Assembly: GCA_018224645.1 (NCBI GenBank)
Contig: JAGTVG010000095.1
Span: forward strand, 1 to 37,756
Origin: Cyclobacteriaceae bacterium
GTDB taxonomy: Bacteria > Bacteroidota > Bacteroidia > Cytophagales > Cyclobacteriaceae
Length of the DNA: 37,756 bases
Reading direction: 5' to 3'
Every line of letters starts with the position of its first letter. Position 1 is the stretch's first letter. The notes beneath the pieces were generated by a model, which worked only from the letters and a program-made list of their open reading frames with translations, was not told where the DNA came from and did not search any database. A program made the translations under genes and the position numbers. Positions 1-8,844 of this stretch are shown here, piece after piece.

Positions 1-1
1 C

Positions 2-1042
2 CAGGGCATGGCGGGGACCGGTGTCATTGCCCTGATACAAGGGAAGAATCCCGGTAAAAAAGTGGTGGCTTTAAGGGCGGACATGGATGCATTGCCGATC
101 CTCGAGCAGAACAACGTGCCTTACAGGTCAGTGAACCAGGGAATCATGCATGCCTGCGGTCATGATGTACATACAGCCTCACTGCTGGGTGCGGCGAGGA
201 TCCTGAGTGAATTAAGGGAATATTTTGAAGGAACCGTCAAACTTATTTTCCAGCCTGGGGAAGAAAAGGCCCCTGGTGGTGCATCCATGATGATCGGGGA
301 GGGCGTCCTGAAAGATCCGGTTCCCGGAGCAATATTAGGTCAGCATGTAATGCCCCAGATCCCGGTTGGAAAGGTGGGATTTAAACCGGGCATCTATATG
401 GCAAGCGCAGATGAAATCTATATCAGGGTGATTGGAAAGGGCGGGCATGCTGCCATGCCTGATTCGATCATCGATCCGGTCCTTATTTCTTCCCATATCA
501 TTGTGGCGCTGCAGCAGATCGTGAGCAGGAATGCCAATCCGAAAATCCCGTCCGTATTATCCTTTGGGAAAATAGTGGCCAATGGCGCAACCAATATCAT
601 ACCGGATGAGGTTCATATCGAGGGTACATTCCGGACGCTGGATGAGAACTGGCGGAAAATGGCCCATGATAAAATGAAGATGATGGGCGAGTCCATTGCC
701 CGTGGAATGGGGGCGGAGATTGAGTTCAATATCCTGAAGGGATATCCTTTTCTTAAAAATGACGAGGAACTGACCAATCAATGCCGGTCGCTGGCCATTG
801 ATTATCTGGGTGAAGACCGGGTTGTGGACCTGGATATCTGGATGGCTGCCGAGGACTTTGCTTTTTACGCTCAACATACGGATGCCTGTTTTTACCGCCT
901 TGGTGTAGGCAATGCCGGCAAAGGGATCGTGTCCTCCGTACATACACCCACTTTCAATGTTGATGAGGATTCCCTGGAAATCGGAGCCGGTCTGATGGCA
1001 TGGCTAACCTGCAAATACCTGGAGGAGCATGATGGCCGGTAA
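2..1042 (+). CDS. M20/M20D-family amidohydrolase (N-acyl-L-amino-acid amidohydrolase / hippurate-hydrolase-like), 5'-truncated by the window edge
   Basis: The frame of ORF 8..1042 stays open back to nt 2. Motifs ALRADMDALP, HACGHDVH and GEEKAPGGA are typical of M20D metal sites. Family members are usually ~390-400 aa, so roughly 50 N-terminal residues should lie upstream. Confidence 0.85.
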   Translation, partial: QGMAGTGVIALIQGKNPGKKVVALRADMDALPILEQNNVPYRSVNQGIMHACGHDVHTASLLGAARILSELREYFEGTVKLIFQPGEEKAPGGASMMIGEGVLKDPVPGAILGQHVMPQIPVGKVGFKPGIYMASADEIYIRVIGKGGHAAMPDSIIDPVLISSHIIVALQQIVSRNANPKIPSVLSFGKIVANGATNIIPDEVHIEGTFRTLDENWRKMAHDKMKMMGESIARGMGAEIEFNILKGYPFLKNDEELTNQCRSLAIDYLGEDRVVDLDIWMAAEDFAFYAQHTDACFYRLGVGNAGKGIVSSVHTPTFNVDEDSLEIGAGLMAWLTCKYLEEHDGR

Positions 1043-1079
1043 AATACAGGTCCGGATACTGTCATCTGCTTTCAACTTT

Positions 1080-3365
1080 CTAAATGCCCTCGACGATATT
1101 GTCGAGCATATGTTCGGATACCTCTTTTGATTTGATGAGATGAACCAACTTGACAAACCTGCCACTCCTGACAATCAGGTTTTTCGTGGAAAACAGGACT
1201 GTCAGAATCAGCTGGCTATTCTTGCTGCTGATCCTTTTTTTATTGGCAAGGGTAAGTTGGTCTGAGATGTTATCTTCAATTTTATGGATCAGGGATTTTC
1301 TCCTGGCTTTCAGTTCCTTGAAATTTTCACTTGATAATTTTTCCTGGTTCAAAGCCGCCAGTATTTCTCGGATGTATTGGCTCAGATTTTCTTCTACCTC
1401 CTTAAATGTCGCTATCTGTTCATCGGTATGATCCTGATGGAGGTTTTTGACATGTTTTTCACAAACTTTTATGATCTCTTCCATGGCATGAAATATGCTT
1501 TCCTGCAGGTCATACACGATCATAAAGATCTTTACGTTCAGGTTCACTTCTCCGGTAATTCCCTGCGCCTGCCGCGTAACCTCGATCTTATTCAGTTCAG
1601 TAAAAAATTTTATATCACCGATATCACTTTTGAGCTTTGATAATTCCTTACCGTTTTTATTGATAAATGCAGTGATGATCCGGGTATATACATTGTCCAT
1701 ATCCGTCAGAATGGCCTGGATCTTTTTAATCACATCAGATTGAACGGAAACATTTTCCAGTTTCATGATATGATCTGTTGAGGTGATTGATTTTTCCATC
1801 TTTTCGATCTTACGATACGAAACCAGGTTCCTGGCGATCAGAAGAAATGCGAACATCACCAGCCCGATGAGGGCGTACACCTTGAAATTAATGAGCAGAG
1901 AGGCAAAAATCATGGATATGATCAGGGCGATCACGGCTGTTAATAACCACCCGCCTATGACGGTTAAGACGCCGGATACGCGGTAAACGGCACTGCCACT
2001 CCCCCAGGCCCTGTCTGCCAGTGAAGTGCCCATTAACACCATGAAGGATACAAAGGTAGTTGAAAGCGGAAGTTTAAAGGAAGTTGCCAGCAAGATGATT
2101 CCTGCAGCAACGGTCAGGTTCACCGAGGCCCTGACCATATCAAATGCCGGTTTATTCTTATCATTCACGAGCCTGTCGCTTTCCTGGCTGGTAAACTTTG
2201 AGTTGATGTAATTTATCGATTGCTGCGGTAGCAGATTTGTGATCGTCCTGCCTATGGCTGAGATTGATTTTACCAGCCCCCGTGCCAGATCGTTTCCCTG
2301 AAACCTTTCAAATCCTTCGGCTTGTCTGCCAAGATTTACGGAGGTCTGAACAACCGACCTGGCTTTTTTTGAAAACCAGAGGGTAAGTGTCATGATGGCA
2401 CCTGCACCCAAAAGAAACAGCGGATTGGACTGAACCGGTTCGGCCAGAACGCCCATCATATAATCCGAAGATCCGGCTCCGAATTGCCGCCAGTGCACAA
2501 AGGAATCATAACTCGCTATGGGTACCCCGATAAAATTCACCAGGTCATTGCTCGCGAAGGCCATGGCTAGTGCAAAGGTTCCAAACAGGGTAATAAACCG
2601 ATAAACATTAAATCCAAACCTCCTGGCAAAAACCTGGAAGAGGATGAATGTTAGCGCCAGGGTGGCCAGGCTGATCATACCGACATGGGATCGTAACTGC
2701 TGCAATTGATCGCCACTGATAAACGGGATGCCCTGGAGGCCCTTCAGAATGATGAAAATGACGATGAGGGTAATAGAAGCCGCACCGAAAACGGACCCGA
2801 AGCTCCGGCTGGCCCTGTTTAAATCAAATGAGATGATCAACCTGGCCACGTATTGTACCAGCCAGCCCAGAATAAAAGCGATGACAACAGAAAGGAAAAT
2901 GCCAAGAATGATAATTATAGCCCTTGAACCATTGATATAATTGCCCCATTCCGATACGGCTTCTCCCTTATTGACTATTGAAAAAAAAGATATGGCAATG
3001 GCAGAGCCCAATCGTTCAAAAACGATGGAAACGGTAGTTGATGTGGGCAGGGCTATTGAATTGTAGAAATCCAGCAAAATGATGTCCGTCAACATAACGG
3101 CAGCAAACAGGAACATTATTTCTTCAATGGTAAAAAACTGTGGGTTGAAAATTCCGCTTCTGGCAACTTCCATCATGCCGCTGGAAAAAATTGCGCCGAA
3201 CATGATCCCGATGCAGGCAATAATAAAAATGTTTCTCATCGTGCCGGCCTTTGCGCCAATGGCGGAGTTAAGGAAATTAACAGCGTCATTGCTTACGCCG
3301 ACAATCAGGTCGGCAATAGCCAGAAGAAACATCAAAACGATAATAAAAATAAAAATTGAACTCAT
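1080..3365 (-). CDS. PiT-family (PHO4) inorganic phosphate transporter with a long hydrophilic C-terminal extension
   Basis: 761-aa ORF with ATG at 3365. The PiT signature GVSNDAVNFLNSAIG recurs later as FASNDLVNFIGVPIA (the two PiT half-repeats). There are many hydrophobic spans. The last ~230 aa (nt ~1080-1790) are helical and Lys/Glu-rich with no TM segments; calling this PhoU-like is inference. Confidence 0.85.
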   Translation of the reverse strand: MSSIFIFIIVLMFLLAIADLIVGVSNDAVNFLNSAIGAKAGTMRNIFIIACIGIMFGAIFSSGMMEVARSGIFNPQFFTIEEIMFLFAAVMLTDIILLDFYNSIALPTSTTVSIVFERLGSAIAISFFSIVNKGEAVSEWGNYINGSRAIIIILGIFLSVVIAFILGWLVQYVARLIISFDLNRASRSFGSVFGAASITLIVIFIILKGLQGIPFISGDQLQQLRSHVGMISLATLALTFILFQVFARRFGFNVYRFITLFGTFALAMAFASNDLVNFIGVPIASYDSFVHWRQFGAGSSDYMMGVLAEPVQSNPLFLLGAGAIMTLTLWFSKKARSVVQTSVNLGRQAEGFERFQGNDLARGLVKSISAIGRTITNLLPQQSINYINSKFTSQESDRLVNDKNKPAFDMVRASVNLTVAAGIILLATSFKLPLSTTFVSFMVLMGTSLADRAWGSGSAVYRVSGVLTVIGGWLLTAVIALIISMIFASLLINFKVYALIGLVMFAFLLIARNLVSYRKIEKMEKSITSTDHIMKLENVSVQSDVIKKIQAILTDMDNVYTRIITAFINKNGKELSKLKSDIGDIKFFTELNKIEVTRQAQGITGEVNLNVKIFMIVYDLQESIFHAMEEIIKVCEKHVKNLHQDHTDEQIATFKEVEENLSQYIREILAALNQEKLSSENFKELKARRKSLIHKIEDNISDQLTLANKKRISSKNSQLILTVLFSTKNLIVRSGRFVKLVHLIKSKEVSEHMLDNIVEGI

Positions 3366-3804
3366 CCTGACGCTAATTTTTTAGGGGGATACATACATTC
3401 ATGATTTTAACATCCTCCCGGACCGTATATCATCCTAAAATAGTAAAATTTCAAACTTATCGTATCCAAACGCAGAAAAATCAGGCGGGTATTAAATATT
3501 AAAAAAATCATTCTCAATTTTCCCAGTTTAAAGGATGACCGGAATTCATCAACGATTTATCTTCAAGATGCATACAAGATACTGGCTCAATACGATTAGA
3601 TATTTCATTTCTTACACCATACTGGAAAGACCTGATATCCATATCCTCCGCAAATGTAAATTTTTAAATTCTGATTAATGTTAAGAAATCATTAAGTATT
3701 GACTTTATCTGAAACACCGCATTGCTTTGCATAAAAATACCGGCATAAAAAACAGGTAACTTTTGCTTCACAAATAAGGTTGTATTTACATAGTTTTTTA
3801 GAAG

Positions 3805-3812
3805 TAGATTTG
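3805..3812 (+). promoter_or_regulatory. Candidate Bacteroidota -7 promoter box (TAGATTTG, consensus TAnnTTTG) for the Na/Pi cotransporter gene
   Basis: Exact match to TAnnTTTG, 41 nt upstream of the ATG at 3853. Only a weak -33-like GTTG lies ~26 nt further upstream. Confidence 0.35.
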
Positions 3813-3852
3813 CGTCAGGATGCATCTGAGTTGACTTCCGGCAATTTTTTCC

Positions 3853-4983
3853 ATGGAAATTAGCACCAACAGGATTAAATCATTGATCAGTACGGTTTTC
3901 ATGGGGTGGTTCCTTAAGATCATCACCTTCATCGGGATATTGATTTTGTTTTTTTTCTCGATAGAATTGATGGTGAAATCACTGACGGTGCTCGGGGAGG
4001 GTGCGGCAAGCCAGCTGATCCAGGGTGCAGAAATGCCATTTATCGCGATATTTATCGGGTTATTATCCACCGCCTTGATTCAGAGCAGTTCCTCCGTTAC
4101 GTCCATTGCAGTTGCCATTGTCGCTTCCCAGGCCATTACGCTTGAAATGGGGATATATATCATTATGGGAGCCAATGTGGGAACAACCCTTACGAGCAAT
4201 ATTGTTTCCCTGGGATTTATAACCAACAGAAGATTATTCCGGCAGGCACTGGCGGCGGCAACGGTTCATGATTTTTTCAATATGATGACCGTTGTTATTT
4301 TATTCCCGCTTGAACACTATTATCATGTTTTATCCAATACCGCAAGAATGGCAGCCAGACTTATTACATCCCGACCGGCGGATGTAAACTATTCCGATAC
4401 TGATTCCGGTATTTACTGGTTACATTCACTGGCTGACAGAATATATGACATTGTGGGAATCCACTGGCTGGTCCTGGCGATATCCGTCCTGATCCTTGTG
4501 TTGTCCATTAAAATGTTTTCTTCTTATTCATATAAATTGCTGATCGGGGGGTCAAGGGATAAACTGAAATCCTATATTTTCAACAAACCTTTCAAATCAT
4601 TTTCCTGGGGGGTGATTATTACAGGTGCCTTGCAATCCAGTTCGATTACCACATCCCTGGTGGTTCCCCTGGTGGCTACCCACAAAATTACCCTGCATGC
4701 TGTTTTCCCATTCATCCTTGGAGCCAACTTAGGGACCACCATCACGGCACTCATGGCTGGTTTTTTTAAATCAGAGGTGGCGCTCAGCCTGGCCATGGCC
4801 CATGTGTTGTTCAATTTAATCGGGGTCCTGATATTTCTCCCTTTTTCGTCAATCCGCGGGATCCCCGAATATCTTGCCATCCACTTTGGCCGTTTGGCCA
4901 GTAAAAGAAGATTGATCGTCTTCTTCTACATACTCATGACCTTTTTCATCATTCCATTTATCCTGATATATCTGTCTAAATAG
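3853..4983 (+). CDS. Na+/phosphate cotransporter family protein (NptA/YjbB-like core, short form)
   Basis: 376-aa polytopic ORF with two copies of the Na_Pi_cotrans half-domain signature: LIQSSSSVTSIAVAIV...GANVGTT and GALQSSSITTSLVVPLV...GANLGTT. Confidence 0.85.
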   Translation: MEISTNRIKSLISTVFMGWFLKIITFIGILILFFFSIELMVKSLTVLGEGAASQLIQGAEMPFIAIFIGLLSTALIQSSSSVTSIAVAIVASQAITLEMGIYIIMGANVGTTLTSNIVSLGFITNRRLFRQALAAATVHDFFNMMTVVILFPLEHYYHVLSNTARMAARLITSRPADVNYSDTDSGIYWLHSLADRIYDIVGIHWLVLAISVLILVLSIKMFSSYSYKLLIGGSRDKLKSYIFNKPFKSFSWGVIITGALQSSSITTSLVVPLVATHKITLHAVFPFILGANLGTTITALMAGFFKSEVALSLAMAHVLFNLIGVLIFLPFSSIRGIPEYLAIHFGRLASKRRLIVFFYILMTFFIIPFILIYLSK

Positions 4984-5003
4984 GGGCCGAAGTTGGGGAA
5001 ATG

Positions 5004-5040
5004 GGTCATTTCAAATGATGAAAGTGTCCGACCTTTTTTT
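5004..5040 (+). terminator. Weak candidate intrinsic terminator downstream of the Na/Pi cotransporter gene
   Basis: Imperfect hairpin: GGTC/GACC outer stem, TTTCA/TGAAA inner stem and an asymmetric bulge, followed directly by a run of 7 T (5034-5040). Confidence 0.3.
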
Positions 5041-5104
5041 ATTTGAGAGAAATAACTTTTAAATTGAGCCTGATTTCGTTAAGATAGAGGAATAAACTTT
5101 TCAT

Positions 5105-5434
5105 ATGTTTAAAAATATCGTCAGTACCCTGATAAATTTCATTGAGACGAAGCTTGAGATCTACAAAATTCAGTTAAAAGAAGAGGCGGCAAAATTATTC
5201 ACCCTTATCGTTCTGATCATTCTTTTTGGGTTGATCGGGTTGTTATTCATCCTGTTTATCAGTTTTTTTATAGCTGAAATTATCAATTCCCTCCTGGTCC
5301 ACCAGTATTTCGGTTATCTCATTGTCGCCGGCGTTTATATCATTCTTGGCGTGATTACATACTATATGAGGGGCAGAATTCGTGAAGGGATCACCAATAC
5401 TATTTTTTCTGAAGAAGTAGAAAACGATGAATAA
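5105..5434 (+). CDS. Small two-TM membrane protein, YqjE / 'holin-X'-like family
   Basis: 109 aa. An amphipathic charged N-terminus is followed by two adjacent TM helices (LFTLIVLIILFGLIGLLFILFISFFIA and GYLIVAGVYIILGVITYY). No phage context. Confidence 0.6.
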   Translation: MFKNIVSTLINFIETKLEIYKIQLKEEAAKLFTLIVLIILFGLIGLLFILFISFFIAEIINSLLVHQYFGYLIVAGVYIILGVITYYMRGRIREGITNTIFSEEVENDE

Positions 5435-5798
5435 AATGAATTCAAAATTAGAAGACAAAAAAGCGAAACTGCAGGAACAATCTGAGAAGATTGAAGATTC
5501 CCTGAGTGAAGAATTTTCCATATTTTCCGATAAAGCCGCTGATCTGGCAGGTAAGATCCTCATCATCGGAGGGGGAGCGTTGTTTTCCTATTTGATCGTA
5601 AAGATGATCCTTGGCAAGGACAAAAAGGTGAAAAAAAATGGGGAGGGAATAAGGGAAAGGGTCATTGTACAGGCCAGTTCTCCCAAATACATATTTTTCA
5701 GGAGTCTTTCGGATAAGGCTGCGCTTGTTTTGCTTGAGCTTGCAAGGGAAATGGTTGTCAGATACCTAAAAGAACTGCCGTCAAAGAATGAAAACTGA
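5427..5798 (+). CDS. Hypothetical single-TM protein
   Basis: 123 aa. It has a charged coiled N-terminus and a central TM (ILIIGGGALFSYLIVKMIL). It overlaps the upstream gene by 8 nt (ATGAATAA) and the downstream gene by 11 nt, suggesting co-translation. Confidence 0.55.
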   Translation: MNKMNSKLEDKKAKLQEQSEKIEDSLSEEFSIFSDKAADLAGKILIIGGGALFSYLIVKMILGKDKKVKKNGEGIRERVIVQASSPKYIFFRSLSDKAALVLLELAREMVVRYLKELPSKNEN

Positions 5799-6555
5799 CC
5801 TTTATTCAGCGTTCATTGGGAAAAAGGAAAAAAATCAGAAATCTATCGCTGTTTTGATCGATCCCGATGAAAACAGGGATCCCGGGAAAATTGAAAATAT
5901 TATCCGGCAGGGGGTGAAGGCAGGGATAGATTATTTTTTTGTTGGTGGAAGTCTTCTGGTCGATCCTGATACTGCCCCGCTTATCCGGGATATCAGGAAA
6001 TTATCCAGTTGTCCGGTCGTTTTATTTCCCGGAAGCAACCTGCATCTGAACTTTGAGGCGGATGCCATATTATTGCTCTCACTGATCTCTGGCCGCAATC
6101 CTGAATTTCTGATCGGTCAGCATGTCACAGTTGCCGCCTCCATCAAAAAAAATGGAATAGAAACCATATCAACCGGATATATTTTGATCGATGGAGGAAA
6201 GCCCACCTCGGTTTCCTACATGAGCTTTACCCATCCGATCCCTCACGACAAACCGGAAATTGTTTCTTCAACGGCCATGGCAGGTGAACTGCTTGGTCTC
6301 AGGATGATCTATCTTGAGGCAGGAAGTGGTGCATTATACCCTGTTCCTGAAGGGATCATCAGGAGTGTGAAAAAGTCGGTGGATGTTCCTGTAATTGTTG
6401 GCGGAGGCATCAATACAACAGAAAAGGCACTCCGTGCCATGCGGGCAGGGGCTGACCTGATTGTCGTGGGAAATCATATCGAAAAAAATCCCGATTTTCT
6501 GATTGAGATTACCGGCATCAAGGAAGAATACAACCAATCCTTAAATATTCATTAG
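5788..6555 (+). CDS. Geranylgeranylglyceryl phosphate synthase family protein (GGGPS / PcrB-type prenyl-glyceryl-phosphate synthase)
   Basis: 255 aa with the family hallmarks of the TIM-barrel PcrB/GGGPS fold: AVLIDPDE, FFVGGS, VVLFPG, YLEAGSGA, VIVGGGI. Confidence 0.85.
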   Translation: MKTDLYSAFIGKKEKNQKSIAVLIDPDENRDPGKIENIIRQGVKAGIDYFFVGGSLLVDPDTAPLIRDIRKLSSCPVVLFPGSNLHLNFEADAILLLSLISGRNPEFLIGQHVTVAASIKKNGIETISTGYILIDGGKPTSVSYMSFTHPIPHDKPEIVSSTAMAGELLGLRMIYLEAGSGALYPVPEGIIRSVKKSVDVPVIVGGGINTTEKALRAMRAGADLIVVGNHIEKNPDFLIEITGIKEEYNQSLNIH

Positions 6556-7461
6556 GGATTCCCTTCTTCTCATTTTTCCGGCCGGGATACCAAACATCAT
6601 TTTAAACCTTCTGCAGAAATAGGCTGTGTCCTTGTATCCAACTTCCTTTCCAATTTCACGGATACTCTTCTTGGAGGTCCGGAGAAGGTTGACAGCCATT
6701 TCCATCCGCTGGTATTCAATATAATCCTGTGGATTGATCCCTGTCAGCATTTTAAAATACTGCCCTACATAATCCTCTGAAACATTGGCGACATTCGACA
6801 ATACCTTGTTTGAAAGATCCCCCTGAAGATTTTCCTTGATAAAGGTGAAAATATCGATCAGCCTGGGATCCTTGAAATAGGTGATATTTGTGGCCAGTTT
6901 TTCCACAAACAATTGATTATCGATAATATACCTCGTAATTTCTACGACAAGATATTCGGTGAGGGCTTTCACTATCCTTTCATGACCTGCTGCTTCCGAT
7001 TCCGATTCCTCGAGTATGATGTATATCAGATCGCTGATCTTTCTACTTTTAATGATGAACGGAGGGATGTCCAGTGAGGCGAAAAAATTCACCGAATCAA
7101 ACACCTTGGCCTCAAAGGTTATGTAGCTGAAATTCTCCTGGCTGGAAGTGGCGATTTCGGCATAATCTATACTTTGCAGAAACGATTCCTTACGGCTGAT
7201 CAGCTTATCCTTGGTGACGGTTGAAGCTTCGACATTACCATATGATATGGAAATGCTTTTCCCTCCGGGAACAAGTAAAATTTCACCCTTCTTAACCTTC
7301 TGTTTATCAGCTCCATAACGTAATTCACCCAGATGGACAATAAATATTGTATTCTCGACATCATAATAATTATCATTCGAAACCGCCTGAATAATTTTTA
7401 TGTTCTTTGATTTATTGTACTTTATTCCTAAAGATTCAATGATTTTATTATAATCTTCCAT
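6541..7461 (-). CDS. AraC-family transcriptional regulator (cupin-like N-domain plus HTH)
   Basis: 306 aa. The C-terminus has the AraC double HTH (..SIREIGKEVGYKDTAYFCRRFKMMFGIPAGKMRR). The N-terminus has a cupin-like GEILLVPGG. The 3' end overlaps the GGGPS gene by 15 nt in convergent orientation. Confidence 0.85.
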   Translation of the reverse strand: MEDYNKIIESLGIKYNKSKNIKIIQAVSNDNYYDVENTIFIVHLGELRYGADKQKVKKGEILLVPGGKSISISYGNVEASTVTKDKLISRKESFLQSIDYAEIATSSQENFSYITFEAKVFDSVNFFASLDIPPFIIKSRKISDLIYIILEESESEAAGHERIVKALTEYLVVEITRYIIDNQLFVEKLATNITYFKDPRLIDIFTFIKENLQGDLSNKVLSNVANVSEDYVGQYFKMLTGINPQDYIEYQRMEMAVNLLRTSKKSIREIGKEVGYKDTAYFCRRFKMMFGIPAGKMRRRESLMNI

Positions 7462-7668
7462 ATCCCTTTATTTATATAACGGAAGCAGAATTGAACTATT
7501 CCATAAAATAATTATACAATATCAGTAAAAAAATTGTTAATAACAAATAATTTATTGTAAAAGTACAATAAAATATGGGAATTGGCGAAAAGAGAATGAT
7601 ATTTTTATTCCGGGAAGGAAAAAAGACTTCGGTTTAGTAAATTGTATTTATTGAAGATGATATCATTT

Positions 7669-8817
7669 TTATATATTTCCCCTTGTCAATTCACGGCCGA
7701 TGACCAGTCGCTGGATCTCCGAAGTGCCTTCGTAAATCTGTGTTATTTTTGCATCGCGCATGAACCTTTCAACATGATATTCCTTGACATATCCATATCC
7801 ACCATGGATCTGAACCGCTTCTGTAGTTACATCCATGGCTGTCTGCGATGCATACAATTTAGCCATGGCGCTTTCTTTTACAAAGGATTTTCCGGCATCC
7901 TTAAGACAGGCAGCCTTGTAGGTAAGCAGCCGGGCTGCCTCTATTAAGGTGGCCATATCGGAAAGTTTAAACTGTATTCCCTGGTGCTTAAAAATAGGAG
8001 TCCCAAAGGATATCCTTTCCTGCGCGTATTTAAGAGATAATTCAAAAGCTCCTGCAGCGATCCCCAGGGCCTGTGCGGCAATTCCGATTCTGCCCCCGTT
8101 TAATATCTGCATGGCTATTTTAAATCCCTGACCTTCGTCACCGATCCGATTTTCCCTGGGGATGATCACTTCGTTGAACATGATCGAATATGTATCTGAG
8201 CCCCTGATGCCCATTTTATTTTCCTTTGGACCCAGCCGGATCCCTGGCCAGTCTTTCTCTACCATAAAGGCATTGATCCCTTTATATCCTTTTTCAGGAG
8301 CGCTCTGGGCAATCAGGATATAATAGGAAGCAATGCCGGCGTTTGTGATCCAGTTTTTTACACCGTTCAGTACGTAATGATCCCCTTTGTCAACTGCCAT
8401 AACCTTCAGATTGGTTGCATCGGACCCTGCTTCCGGTTCAGACAGGCAGAAAGCCCCAAATTTTTCTCCTGAGGCAAGAGGCTTCAGATATTTTTCCTTC
8501 AGGTAGGCTGAGGCAAATTTTTCGATGGGCCAGCAAACCAGTGAATTATTAACCGACATGATCACTGCGGCGGAGGCGTCGATCCTGGCGATTTCCTCGA
8601 TGGCAATCACATAGGAAAGGGTATCCATACCGCTCCCGAGGTAAATGGGATCCACCATCATACCCATAAAACCAAGACCGGACATTTTTTTTAAAAGATC
8701 GGAAGGAAAAAACTGTTTTTCATCACGATCAATGACGCCGGGGAGTAATTCATGACGGGCAAATTCCCTGGCAGCATCCCTAACCGCGAGTTGTTCTTCG
8801 GTAAGGATGAAATTCAT
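7669..8817 (-). CDS. Acyl-CoA dehydrogenase (short/medium-chain, butyryl-CoA dehydrogenase-like)
   Basis: 382 aa with full-length ACAD architecture: N-terminal MNFILTEEQ..RDAAREFA, CLSEPEAGSD, and the C-terminal YEGTSEIQRLVIGREL motif. Confidence 0.9.
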   Translation of the reverse strand: MNFILTEEQLAVRDAAREFARHELLPGVIDRDEKQFFPSDLLKKMSGLGFMGMMVDPIYLGSGMDTLSYVIAIEEIARIDASAAVIMSVNNSLVCWPIEKFASAYLKEKYLKPLASGEKFGAFCLSEPEAGSDATNLKVMAVDKGDHYVLNGVKNWITNAGIASYYILIAQSAPEKGYKGINAFMVEKDWPGIRLGPKENKMGIRGSDTYSIMFNEVIIPRENRIGDEGQGFKIAMQILNGGRIGIAAQALGIAAGAFELSLKYAQERISFGTPIFKHQGIQFKLSDMATLIEAARLLTYKAACLKDAGKSFVKESAMAKLYASQTAMDVTTEAVQIHGGYGYVKEYHVERFMRDAKITQIYEGTSEIQRLVIGRELTRGNI

Positions 8818-8844
8818 ATGTATGGGTTTATGTTCAAATACAGT

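Noticed and set aside
3514-3642. 42-codon ORF (MDIRSFQYGV...NWEN) on the minus strand in the long phosphate-transporter spacer.
   Set aside because: It is too short and has no signal peptide, TM or motif. It cannot be distinguished from chance in AT-rich DNA without conservation data. It is mentioned only as part of the spacer finding.
5105-5434. A 'phage holin'-type family label for the small two-TM protein, which could hint at a prophage or lysis cassette.
   Set aside because: No endolysin, spanin, terminase, capsid, tail or integrase genes occur anywhere in the window. The gene is embedded in a chromosomal operon with the GGGPS gene. The family also includes non-phage YqjE-like stress membrane proteins.
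7551-7572. AT-rich inverted repeat TTTATTGTA-AAAG-TACAATAAA between the acyl-CoA dehydrogenase stop and the AraC gene start.
   Set aside because: The stem is 9 bp and contains a single G-C pair, so it is of low stability. Such palindromes are expected by chance in AT-rich intergenic DNA. It might be an operator or a weak terminator, but there is no supporting evidence.
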